From: Blasia pusilla
Taxonomy: Eukaryota
Assembly (NCBI GenBank): GCA_050084515.1
Contig: CM114271.1
Location: 48,050,001-48,114,000 of the forward strand
Length of the DNA: 64,000 bases
Reading direction: 5' to 3'
A model generated the notes under the pieces. That model did not search any database. It was not told the origin of the DNA and was given only the letters and a program-made list of their open reading frames with translations. The translations under genes were made by a program, and so were the position numbers. Shown here in pieces: positions 1 to 11,623 of this stretch; positions within the stretch are counted from its first letter, which is position 1, and each line of letters opens with the position of its first letter.

Positions 1-186
1 ATGGACAAAAGACAGAGCTTCCGTGTAAGCAAATTCTCTAGTGCCCCGCTGCCCGTGTAACTTAAACAGGAGATGTCCTCCGCTGTTGGCCTTCAATGTA
101 TGTGTGCATGGTAAGAGTGCACGGATGGTTGCAAGTGGATCAAGGTTTGGATTAATGCCTTCTTTCGGAACAACGCAAGTTTCATT

Positions 187-1170
187 ATGTGCAAAGCATG
201 CTTGTTTCCGATCGGAGGAAGTGTATCAATCGATCGGACCCTGCTAAATAACTATATCCACCAACCCCACTCATATATCTCGTGCGAGTCAGACAGTCAA
301 ACTGTTTCAAGGTGCTGCTTCCCTACCTCCTCCCCTAAACCCTTCATCCCGGCTTTCTATATCGCACCACATACCTACACTACAACAATCTGGTTTCGAT
401 TGGGTCTCCCCCAACCATCAATGGTTGGTTCGACACATTATGAGTGTCGTCGGAGTCTAGATCCACTTGGTGTGCATTTGGCACGTTGTCTAGTTGGGGA
501 TGAGAGGATAACCACTCACGATGCACTGCTGGATATCCTTTTGTGTATTGCTCGCGATAGTGGCTTCCATGTGCAAAGAGAGAGGCACTACTCCATGCGA
601 AATTCCCTTATCCGTGCTGATCTACACATGACGCGGGAGTCCGAGGTGGTGGTGGCAGATGTTGTAATGACGGATCCTACACAAGAGGCGGTACGATCCC
701 AAGTGGTGGCACAAGGGAGATTGCTACAAGGAGCGGCGGCGGTAAAGAAGACCCATATTTATAGTCGACTTCATGATGGACATCGATTTGTCCCCTCATC
801 CATTGATATGTATGGGGCTATGGGGGAGAGGTTTGATTCGTTCTTTACGGATTGCGCCCATCATCTCCAGTCGAGAAATGGGTTGTCCTTAGCTACTCCG
901 ATTCTTTATTGTAGGCAAAGGGTCTCTATAGCTTTGGAGTGTGCCCATGAAAATGGGCTTTTTTGGCGGGCTTAGGCGATTGGAAACACCAATGTTAGAG
1001 GCCCACTTGGTATTAGTCATAGTTCTCTAGATGTTGTTGATATTGTCTCTATTGTTGGTGAGTTTGGTCGATAGGGAGGGAAGACCCCCTTCTTTCTTTT
1101 CAGCGCACTAAAAAGACTATCATTGCACCTTCTGAGTATATAATAATATCCATTTTATTATTAAAAAAAA
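187..1170 (+). mobile_element. 3' end of a CRE-clade (restriction-like endonuclease) non-LTR retrotransposon, degenerate
   Basis: ORF 187..975 has a CCHC knuckle (ECRRSLDPLGVHLARC), an RHD-like motif (TTHD), an RLE core (RADL...VADVVMTDP...KKTHIY) and a C-terminal RQRVSIAL; A-rich tail at ~1163-1170. Confidence 0.7.
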
Positions 1171-1259
1171 CCTCAAAAGAGGACAAACAAAGGTAATAAT
1201 ATCTCAAAAGAGGAGACAAAAAATGCATCATGAAAAGCAAAAAGAAAATGACAACTAGC

Positions 1260-4200
1260 CAACACCAACTCAACGAGCTACACGATTGTTAGCCTGAAAT
1301 GAATCTGACAACAATATTAGTGGTTGGTGAGATGTGAATAGACGACCAAGTGAGTGACCCCCCACCACCTTCACACAACGTATCAATGCCAAGGCTTATG
1401 CACGTTGTAAGGCCATTGAGATGCATTTCCAAAAATAAGAAGTAACTACATAGAGAGGAGGACTACGGTAAGGGCCAGGTGATGATTCTCGAGGGAGTGG
1501 TGAGCACATGTTTTTAGGAAAGTATCAAAAGAAACATGTAAATGACCGAATACTTCCACTACAAAATGAAAAAAGTCCATCAGTCGCATGCCTCACAGCA
1601 TAACTTAACGATGTAGCTACTTTGGCCGCCGAAGCTTTGGTATGTGCAGCTTGATACACCAAGTCATAATGTGTTGGATCAGCAACCATCATATCATCTA
1701 GTGTCCGGAATCCACCTCGAGACATAACAAGATCAACTCTCCGACGACAGGTTGCTTGTGTGGTTGAAGGTAGGGCATGGAGCTGATCTTGCGCAACGGT
1801 GTACCCTTCAGTACGAGCCACCGATGCTACTGCCACTCTAATGGCATCATGTTTGGCCATTTATTCTCCACCATATACACATCGGAGAATATGGATACCC
1901 TTTGCATCAATGGGATCTCTACATACACAATTCGGCATACCTAACAAGGAAGGATGGGGAAGTACGAGGCGTGACCGCTAAGCTATCGTGAATATACTTC
2001 AAGGAAGACGAAATGGAAGAAAAAAAGGATTTGCACTAAGCCACGCCCCCGCTCCTCTACCCGCACATGACCGCAGACGAGGTCGATGAGCGTTAGAGGA
2101 TGCCTAAGAGAGAATGATGGAAAATTTGATTTGCTACAAATTCTCAGAGATATGCTCTTGTAGTCAATCAAGCCCTTCCATAATCAATTGATGGAAAGGG
2201 GGTTGAATTGCTTGTGTAGCAAGAGGAAGAAGAGCTCGGGCGGATCTCAATTATTCTTAAAATAACAGGTCCCCCTCCTCTACATGGGCGACATGATCCA
2301 TCAAGAAAGGTGTATCTCCTTGGAGAAACCTTGAAGCCATAATCGATGTGACCAACACCCAACTTCCCAAATAAGGTGTTGGAGCAGATGCATATATGGA
2401 GGAAATCCCTACCCCTCCAAAAGAAATAGGCATGATATCTTATCGTGAAGCCAAGACACCATCCTCTCCCTCAAATGTATTCGGGCCAAGAAATTGACCA
2501 AAAGTTGCCAAGATAGAAGCATCAAAAGAGGCCAACCGATGTAAGAACCTTGCAAAGGGAGGACAAGTGCGAAGAATGTCATAGAAAATATTGGGAGATA
2601 ATCCCATAAGCCACTTGGGGATCCCTAGATGAGGTAACAAATGAAGCCATTCCACCTCTTTCAAAAGGGCCTCATCTAAGAACTTTGAGACATAGTCGAT
2701 GAAGCCATTTGGGATCCCAAGAACCTTAACCCCTTCAATGCATATGGGAAAATCATGAGTAGGTGGGATGAATGTTGAGGGAAGGCATGAAGGAGACCAC
2801 GCCCGACATTTACAATGATTTACTATGTTAGACTTTAAGGTTTAAGAAAGAGAATTGCTCCACAAAATGGGTATAAGCAAGAAACACTTCTTAGATGGAG
2901 GACCTATACTATAAGTGTCATTATGAATAGAAGGGAAAAGACAAAATGGAAATTCTTGGGCTGATGCTCAAAGGGCACAAAAATGGCCAATGGCAAAGAG
3001 TAGGCCATCCATGGGATCACCGTGACGTGTGTCACAAGCTGATTGGAGAATATTCTATTCCTCGGAAGTAGCATGATGAGAATAGATAATGGGCATGTCA
3101 TAGGCATAGAAGGAGCCGAAAAATGGAATGAGACTCACAATTTTTCCTCTTGTATAACGTAACTCATGAGAGATGTCCGCACAAGAAATTGAATTGAATG
3201 CGTTAGCCACATCAACTTAGATTGCTATCCACTCTAGATGAATATTAAGAGTGGAGTGAATCCCATGCACAATAGCCTCGCAACCACCAGTGGTTGCCAC
3301 TCCAAATTGATGAGGAAATAAGTGGACACTAAATTGAGGAAAAAATTGCAAGCACACGTATCGACTAACCAAGCGGTATAAAACCTCTCCATTAGCCAAA
3401 GGAAGGAGACTTGAAGGAGGCTTGTCCATAGCCAACAAACAACAAGCCCTAAGAGCCTAGAGATAGAGAATGGGAGACGAAATTGTGCACACACCTTATA
3501 TAGAGAGACAAAGCAGCTTGTTAAATATGTCGGGATAAAGCAATCGCAAAGATGCTTAAAAATCCTCCTTGATATCCCGCTTGCTAATAATTGAGGAGAA
3601 TGAAGAAAATCCCTTGTGAAAACCTACAAGTCAAGCTCCAAGTCAAGATCCGTTGCATAGTCTTCCACAAAAGATGATGCATCGTCACTTGAAGGAGGAT
3701 GAAGAGCTTTTAAGAAAGCCACTGTGTCTGCACTTAGAACCACTAGAGAGAGAGGACCCAATGCTCAAGCCGCATGTGAAAACTCACCAACTTGCCCCAA
3801 AAGTAGACTTCACCGAAGACGTTGTTATATTGAAGGCCTCCCATGATTGGCACGTTGAGTGGGATGAGCCACACCTAAGGCCTTTGCTTGAAGTACACGC
3901 TCATTCTAAAGATTCTTCCAATCCCCAAACATAAAGCACTAAATACGTGTCGAGGTTTCACGATTACCCGTCGCACCATGTCCCTTGGAGGGAGGACTAA
4001 AACCCATTGTGGGAAGAGTAATAGGAGATACCAAGCATTGATATCTGTGGGAACATGCGCTAATTAACATTTCGAATGGGAAAAGAAAACGTTTTTTGGT
4101 GATGGGGCGAAGAGCAATAGAAATGCGAGTGTAGGGACAAGGACGATGGAGTCCTAGATAGAAAGAGCAAAAGAGATCAATGTGGCTTAACTAGGTCCAA

Positions 4201-4608
4201 GAAGTTTTCATGGGGAGTGCAATAGGAGTAGGTATCGGTTTGGGGATTGAAGACCCATGCGGAGATCAATAGTACCGTTGATGTCATTAGGAGCAAACTC
4301 CTTACCACAAGATATGCAAGGAGCCTTTGGAACAAATGCACAAGTAGAAGGATTACAAGGAGAGGAGGTGGGAGATGCATGAGGTGGTGATGGACGATGA
4401 TGAGGGGGTAAATAGGTTGGGGAAGGAGGAGGATGAAGAGGGGAGATAACAGTAGAATAGATGGGAGTTGGAAGCAAGGCACAAATGAGATATGTGAGGA
4501 TGGCAAAGTAGTAGGTTTTGGTAATAGTGGATCAATATTAGGCTCAATAGAATAAGACAAAGAGGGGAGGAAAGGAGAATCGGGAAGAAATATAGCGAGT
4601 GTAATGGT
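1260..4608 (-). mobile_element. CRE-clade non-LTR retrotransposon (RT plus RLE), frameshifted, 5' part interrupted by element A
   Basis: Minus-strand RT motifs LPLANGEVLYRLV, PHQFGV..GGCEAIVH, DVANAFNS (~3180-3215) and GDPMDGLLFA; RLE in ORF 1525..1860 (KHDAIR...RRVDLV...DMMVADPT). Confidence 0.75.
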
Positions 4609-5270
4609 GGGGGCTTGTATTCTGGAAGGAGAGAGAAAGAGAGGAGAGTCTCTCTTCTAAAAGGACAAAATCCTAGAACTCTCTTCAAACCTTTCCACTA
4701 TTTTAAAATTTTCTCCTCTACTTAAAATTCAAGAAATGTTTTAAAGAGAGTAACAAGTGGACCAAGTTGGGGCGTCGACTAACATCATTTTTCACATTTG
4801 GATGGGAAGATAGAACACTGGAGACCACTTCAAACATGCTTAAATAACTCTCTATGTAGGCCAGTGTTATGGGGCAGGTAGGAGGGTATCTTATTAATGC
4901 AGATCCATTAGATGGGATTTTAGCAATACTAAACTAATCAAAGCCCCGTTCAAAATACACTCTGACTATGGGGTCTAGCCCAAGACTCTTATCCGCATTC
5001 CCAACACATTGTCATTTTCATTTGAGAAAGAGGAGAGGTGATTTGGTGAAGTTTGTAGAAATTGGAGGTTTCAAAATTTCCAACAATGATTCACAAGACT
5101 CAAAGGCCACGAATGACTTAGAAGACTTGGGTCACGAATAGGTACATGGAGTTTTTAGAAGGCTGATAGGCATTTGGCAACTATGTTTAAACCCACATGC
5201 CAAAAGTGAAGGAAGCCAACAAGAATGCCTAAAGGATGGACTTAGAGCAAAAGAGTAGCAATCAAGCAGC

Positions 5271-6221
5271 CAACTTGTCAAAATCTGACAAGTTCGAGGC
5301 CGTCAAAAGTGAAGAAACAAAGAAGCACCACACGATGAACAAAAAAGAAAGAGAATGACATAAATAGAAGCCTATCATCATGACATGCAACATGTCGGAA
5401 TCCGATAGGTTGCATGACATGATGTAAGAAAAAGAAAAAAATGGTACTAGAAACACTACGAGCAACCTGGATAGATTTTGGGCTCTTTATTTCGAACTCC
5501 AACCTCATTCTCGACATTTCGTCAGAATTCAACAACCGGTCATTACAGTCTTGGAGATAAAGGAACTCAGAGAGAATTGGTCATATGACCTACAAATGAA
5601 GATATGACAAGAAACCTACAATTTCCATTCTGATCAACGGTGAGAGAAAAAAAATAGCGGATAACAACCTATTCCAAAAAAAGGATAATAACCTATCGTA
5701 TATGTGTAGATAAGACAAGAACCCCACACATTCAGATCAAAGATTACAAAAAAGAGAGAGAAACTCAAGTCACAAAGATCTACAACTCGTCCAAATCCGA
5801 TTGGTTGCATGACATGATGTAAGGAAAAGGGTAGGAGAAAGTTTTGTCATGAGGGGCTATATGAATAAATGTTAGGAAACACAAGTTCCATTCAGACGTG
5901 CAACCCGTCGGAATCTGACAGGTTGCAAGAGAGTAGAGGAAGAGATGAAAAGTTTAAAGATAAATCCCAGAGGAAACAAATAAAAAGATAAGGAAAATAA
6001 TGTCACCTCTTACAACGTGTTGGAATCCAACATGTTGCAAGCATTGTCTTTGGTTATTTATTTTGCAATCCTTCGGAATCCGACGAGTTGCAAGCAAGTA
6101 GAACTAACCATAAGAGGTAACCATAGACCTATTTTAGAAAGATTGAACCAATCGGAAAGCAAAACATGACCAAAAAAATCCCCAATTAGACATACACCCG
6201 GTCAAAATCCGATTGGTTGCG
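5271..6221. repeat. Cluster 1 of the 29-bp palindrome TGCAACCCGTCGG-AAT-CCGACGGGTTGCA
   Basis: Copies at ~5271, 5386, 5781, 5899 (tgcaacccgtcggaatctgacaggttgca), 6011, 6064, ~6193. Confidence 0.85.
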
Positions 6222-6376
6222 AGCCACCAAAATTTCCCAATAGAAACCAAGAGAGTCCATACAAAGAAAAGCCAAAAGTGCAAAATCACTTCATGAATGT
6301 GTGAAAACATGGAAGTCCTTTATTACAATCCGATCGCAACTCGGAAATTTACATTTGATTTCCTAAACTAGAAAGT

Positions 6377-7134
6377 CTAGTTTATGATCTCTAATGCCTC
6401 ATCATCTACAAGAATACTCCTTACTCTCCTCGGTTCATGTACAATAGAAATCTCTGAAGAAACAAGTGGCTTCAAAAGCTTTTCCCCCCTAGGTATACCA
6501 TATGGTTCCCAACGCCTTTCCCAAAAATATATCTTGTATGGTCTGCAAGATGACGCCCATCCAATATCAACACGTGCTCCACCGCTTGAAACCACTACAT
6601 CCCATATCCCAAACGCTTGAATTGATTGAACCCGATAAATCAATTGAGCTCACTCGTCATTAGTGGTTTGCTCTTCCAAAATGATTTTCGGCCTTGGCCG
6701 CTCTATTTTTGGGATCACAAGTAGTGAGAGTGGTATCACTACCAATGGCTCTGCTCGTGGTGCACTTTTCCTCGGAGGCGAGTTGTATACTCCCACCATC
6801 CTTTTCTAGTATGCCTTTGCCTCCTTGCAAAGGTCAAATAGTTCCTACCTTCCCTCGAGGCATAGTATGTTCCTTCCACTCTGTCAAACACCTCTAATAT
6901 TTATCCCTTATAGGCAGACCAAGTCCAAGACCAAGTCACCCAGTCTGGAGTAGAGCTACATGAGCGTCTACATGAGCTCGAGTGACTTCTCCTTTCCTCC
7001 AAGCATAGGTGTACCTTCTTGCATGAAAATTCCCAAGGGGGCATTGTAAAGGCTATCCAATTTGAACCCATCAAGGGATGGATCAACTCGATTCGGGATC
7101 CCAAACACCTAGAAATTGTGCTCCGATTTGACAA
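6377..7134 (-). pseudogene. Accessory ORF 1 of element A, unknown function, frameshifted
   Basis: C-terminus ...RVRSILVDDEALEIIN matches element B (...RVRNIFIDDEA, 61538-61609 plus 60870-60893), so coding is conserved between the copies. Confidence 0.5.
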
Positions 7135-7211
7135 AAAAATTATACATAAGGGTACTCAATCTGTGCAAAAGACAATGGCAAAAGGATGTCAGCTTTAAGG
7201 AGAAAGAAGCA

Positions 7212-7488
7212 AGCAACCCATAAAAAACCAACGGGTTGCTCTACAATTAGGAGAGAATTATAGTTGCAACCCATCAAAAACCAACGGGTTGCAAGGTCTA
7301 GTAAGCCACCCGTTGGGTTCCAACTGGTTGCTCTATAACACTCAAAATAGTGGATCTACAACCCGTCGCGTTCCGACGGGTTGCAATTCGAGTCTTCTGG
7401 CTCTATATGCAACCTGCTGGTGTCCGATGGGTTGCACTTCAGCTCACAACACAATTTCCCGCAACCCATCAAAATTTAACGAGTTTAA
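7212..7488. repeat. Cluster 2: six regularly spaced 29-bp palindromes with non-identical spacers
   Basis: Starts 7212, 7265, 7304, 7357, 7408, 7460 (periods 53, 39, 53, 51, 52). Confidence 0.9.
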
Positions 7489-7699
7489 TGTCCGACCCAA
7501 ATGTTTGAAACAAATCATATAAAAAAGCAACAGAGTTTGTTTTTTGGGACATACGTAGAGTTCCTTTGATAGAGATCTCAATGGATAGTCATTCTTGATC
7601 ACCGGAGATTGGGCTATCCGCCACTTCAAAGATCTCTTCATGCATTGAAGATTGAAGAGCTTGACTTTTCTCCTTCCAGTTGGAACCAAGAAACATCCC

Positions 7700-10350
7700 C
7701 TCTACTCATATACGCGTCCGCGAAAGAAAAGAAAAGCGCGATCTTGTCGGAAGTTAGTGGAGTCCCTAAGGTAAATCTACTACAAGGAGGTCCACTTCCA
7801 CCTCCTCAACTACCCCATGGAAAATCTATGGGCTGTGCCCATTCGGAGAAGCTCTTGTCCTAAAACAATTAGCTTCTTAATTGCAACGGTGGACTCTTGA
7901 CTAGAAAAAACTCTAAAGTTCATCCAAGAGAGAGGTTTGATGGATCATGATAGTGATCCTGCTCATACTGTCTCTGCGCCTGCCTACGAATGATGGAGTG
8001 TATTCCACATCCTTATTTCCTCCGTTGGAGGATCTTGGCACCTCCTGCTTTTGCTTCTCGCAAGTTTGATGTCTTCTTGTTGGGGTTTAAGTAGCTTCGG
8101 ACTCTACAAGCATCTTTTTTTAGACGACTCCCTTGTCTGTCCTTTGCATCTTGAGGATTTTTCCTAAGAAATCCTTGACCCCTTTGCCTTCGCTTTCAAG
8201 CCCGGTGTGGATTTATCCTTGGCTGTAACCACCTTGGAGACCAACTCAACGGTCTCGATGGCTTGCTCCTCCGCATCACCTTCAAACTATTCCTTAACCT
8301 TCTATAGATTGGGGATGTCATCCTTGCCAACAACGATTGGATCATAGACCACTTATAGGTTCTTGTCAATCATGTCTTTTGGGTCGTTGAAGTCCAACCA
8401 GATTGGATAATTCAACACTTCCCAGTCACACATATCCTGCCCCATCTCCATGTCGTACATGGAGAATCCCTCTCCATTTGGAAGAGAAGCCAAAAATTTG
8501 CATGCGGCAGGATATTTTATCCATGTACTTGCATTCACACAGGAGATGAGGAACCTGTACACCATCTGATGGGAAACTCATTGCCGGGATGAATCAGCCG
8601 CTTGTTCCATAAGATCCCTCTTTTTCTTTGCAAAATCTTGGTTCTTTGCGTCGCCAATTTCCTTGTCGAAATCTGCTTGTGGGAGGATATGATTTTTTAA
8701 CATCGTTATCAGTCCGGGGGTTTTTTTCCGCCTTATCACGAATGTCATCCAACCACAGTTTGTAGTCCTCAACAGCCTCTAGGTTGGCCTCTTGCGGAAC
8801 AGGCTTAGTCTTCTTGAGCTCGGCTTGGAGACTTGCGATCATGGACTTCCCGAGCAGCCGCAATGCATCCCACAAGGACCATTCTCTTAGCTAGTGAGAG
8901 ATTACAGGGTGTGACAACCCAGGCGGGTGGTGTGCCTCCCGCTTCTGGGCCTTCGTCCCCTTGAGACTCATTTTAATTAGTCAAATACGCCTTAATTTCT
9001 GAAATCCGAGAAAGGGTAAACTTGTGGACACGATCTAGAGAAATCTTCTCTCCAATTCGACCGTATGGATCTTCGTCCCTCTTCCGCTGGAATTTTTTTA
9101 TCGCCTTCAACTCCTTGTAGAAGTCTTGGCCGAGTTCACGGCTCAACACAATGATGTAGCACTGTATTTTGCTCACTATGTACTTTCTGGCTGCTGACAC
9201 AACAGCCTGGATAAATTTTGCTCGCTCCGACGTTGAAATGTTTTCCCACTGCTCCAACTCCAGTGTTGCGCTTTTCCTCGCTGCCTGGATTTGTTACCAA
9301 CATAAAATGGTGATAGCTGCATCTTGGGAGATGAATTTATTTGCCCCAAGTCTTCTTTTTGATCTGTGCTCTCTTGGCGAGCATCTCATCCACTAAGTCG
9401 TCTCCCAAGAATCCTTTGTACTGCGATGGGTGTGTTGTAAGCACCTTATTCACTTTGTTGCATTCCTCAATCCAGTGATGGGTGAAGTTCCCCACTGAGA
9501 CAATCCTCCAATAGTCAACCCAATGTAAGAATTATGATCTCCTACAACCCGTCAGATTCTGACACGTTTTACACGGTATCAAAGAAGAAAGTATGTATGG
9601 CAGATGTTGTAGGGACTAACTGCAATCCGTCAAACTTTGACAGGTTGCACCAAGCATTTGGAGATCACCTCTATGAAAGGTTCACAATGAAGTTGTAGAA
9701 ACCCATCTGAGTTCGTCAGGTTGCTCATCGATGATATCGGCCTAGAGTGGTGCAAACCGTGGAAGTCCGACGGGTTGCAATCAGGCCCCAAAAGCGCAAG
9801 TCATACATTCAGAGTTCTAGTAATGTGTGTCCAAAAACCTGCTTGCAGGATGGTCTATTGAACTAGTCTTGGAAGCCCTAAATGCGCCCTCGGCGAAGAA
9901 GATGATTCTTCTCCTGCTTTTTCAGAGATGTCCACCATCTCCACGCTTCAGGTCCTCATCGCCTCCTCAACGATCTCCGGAATATATATCATCATCAGTT
10001 CTTTCGTTCATAGTTCCTCTGGACTTCAAGTAGGAGACGTCCTCCATTTCAACTCTATCCGTAGGACGTGCGGGACTTTCTTATTCCATGGTGATAGCCT
10101 TCTCCTTTCACACTTCCGCGCTTTTGCCAATTCAGTCCTCCTCGCGGCGGCATTTTGATGCTTCTTCTCTTTATTCTCATCCGCAATCCTTTTCTTCATC
10201 GCCTTGGACGCCTCTGCCTTGGCGTTTCGCTTAGCGAGTTGCTCCATAGCAAGCTTTGCCTCCAACTCTTGCGTGGGCATTTATGCTTCCTTCTCTCACT
10301 CCTCAATCTCTTGTTTCCTGATGTCTGTTGCCGAGCGTTGGCCAAGAAAA
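7700..10350 (-). pseudogene. Accessory ORF 2 of element A; long, K/E-rich coiled-coil protein, probably spliced, disrupted
   Basis: Successive protein-like minus ORFs 10026..10280, 8973..9257, 8594..8875, 8353..8565; candidate donor ~9838 and acceptor ~9286; similarly K/E-rich minus sequence at 61990-62330. Confidence 0.45.
9543..9779. repeat. Cluster 3 of the 29-bp palindrome (in a putative intron of accessory ORF 2)
   Basis: Copies at ~9543, 9621, ~9697, 9751. Confidence 0.75.
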
Positions 10351-10847
10351 GTCAACAAAGGAGTCTTGTTTGACTTGGGAGTGGTGCTCCCAACCTCTCG
10401 GGAGTGTGGCGCTCCCAACCTTTGTGGCTTGGGGCTTTTCTCTCATTATTCTAATTTTCAAAGATATGCAGAATAGGAGGAAATCTCAGACCTTAGTGGA
10501 AAAAATGACTAGATGATCGACTTCTCGACAGACGTGATGAGTCAAACCTCAAAGCGTCATCACCTTCCTGACAACTTATATTCATCATCGACCCTCAAAG
10601 CATTGTCACCTTGCAGTGAAGGAGTATTTATGTTAACTGTTGTGACCAGCAGACGCGGGGTGCTTAACTGTCGATAGGAGTCATTGGAGGATGAAGAGGT
10701 GGAAGTGAAATCATAGAATGAAAAAGAAACATGAATCAAATACGGGCCTTATATAGTTTCTTGGTCGTTGAACTCACCGTTGGTTATAGGGAACCGTTCG
10801 ACCGATGGCGACGTGTGGCCGTTACAATGCTCTCTATGTGGGAACCG

Positions 10848-11374
10848 TGCAACCCGTGGCACTCTAATGGTTTGCATAGCAACACTGTACCCTTACGATG
10901 CGTGGACCCCGTGCAACCCGTTGGAGTCCGACGGGTTGCACAGACAAAGTTGGCCAATACTGTTCCAATCCGTCCTCAAGGTGGATGGGTCGCGTGCAAC
11001 CTATCGCAACCGGACGGATTGCACGGCGATGTTGTTGCGTCTTGAGAACCCCATGCAACCCGTCAAGATCAGATCGGTCCATCCTCTAGGTGGGGCATCT
11101 GCAACCTTTCACAACTCGACGGGTTGCTATAGCGATAGTGGACTGCCCCACGATTCGGGTTCATCGCCCGTGGGATGGCGTGGACCATATCGACGGGTTG
11201 CGACAGGGACATCCAGCTGGCCCAATCTTTTATCTGGCTGACCGAGTGCAATCCATTGCGGTCCAACGGATTCCACTTTGGCAAATTTCTTAACTTTCTC
11301 ATCCATCATTTTGATTTTTGCTGCAATCTGTCAAAATTCGACGGATTGCAACCTAACAGAATCTGACGGGTTGT
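10848..11374. repeat. Cluster 4 of the 29-bp palindrome, CpG-rich, between divergent ORFs
   Basis: Copies at 10848, 10912 (tgcaacccgttggagtccgacgggttgca), ~10964, 10995, 11054, 11100, ~11172 (right arm), 11246, 11322, ~11346. Confidence 0.85.
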
Positions 11375-11623
11375 ACTCACCTCGTGAATGGGCCAATTGG
11401 AGCCAAAATCAACGTGTTTAATCCCATAGGTTGAGTTTTAGGGTTAGACTTTCCTTGGTCCAACCAGCAACCGATAGTGAAACCTAACAATCAACTGCGT
11501 GTCGGAGAATTTAGGTTAGAATTTGAACAATCACTATTCACTATAAATTCAACATTCTCATTCTCATTCTCATTCTAATTTTTATTCTCGCCTTGGTGGA
11601 ATCATCTCTACTATCATCTCCAA

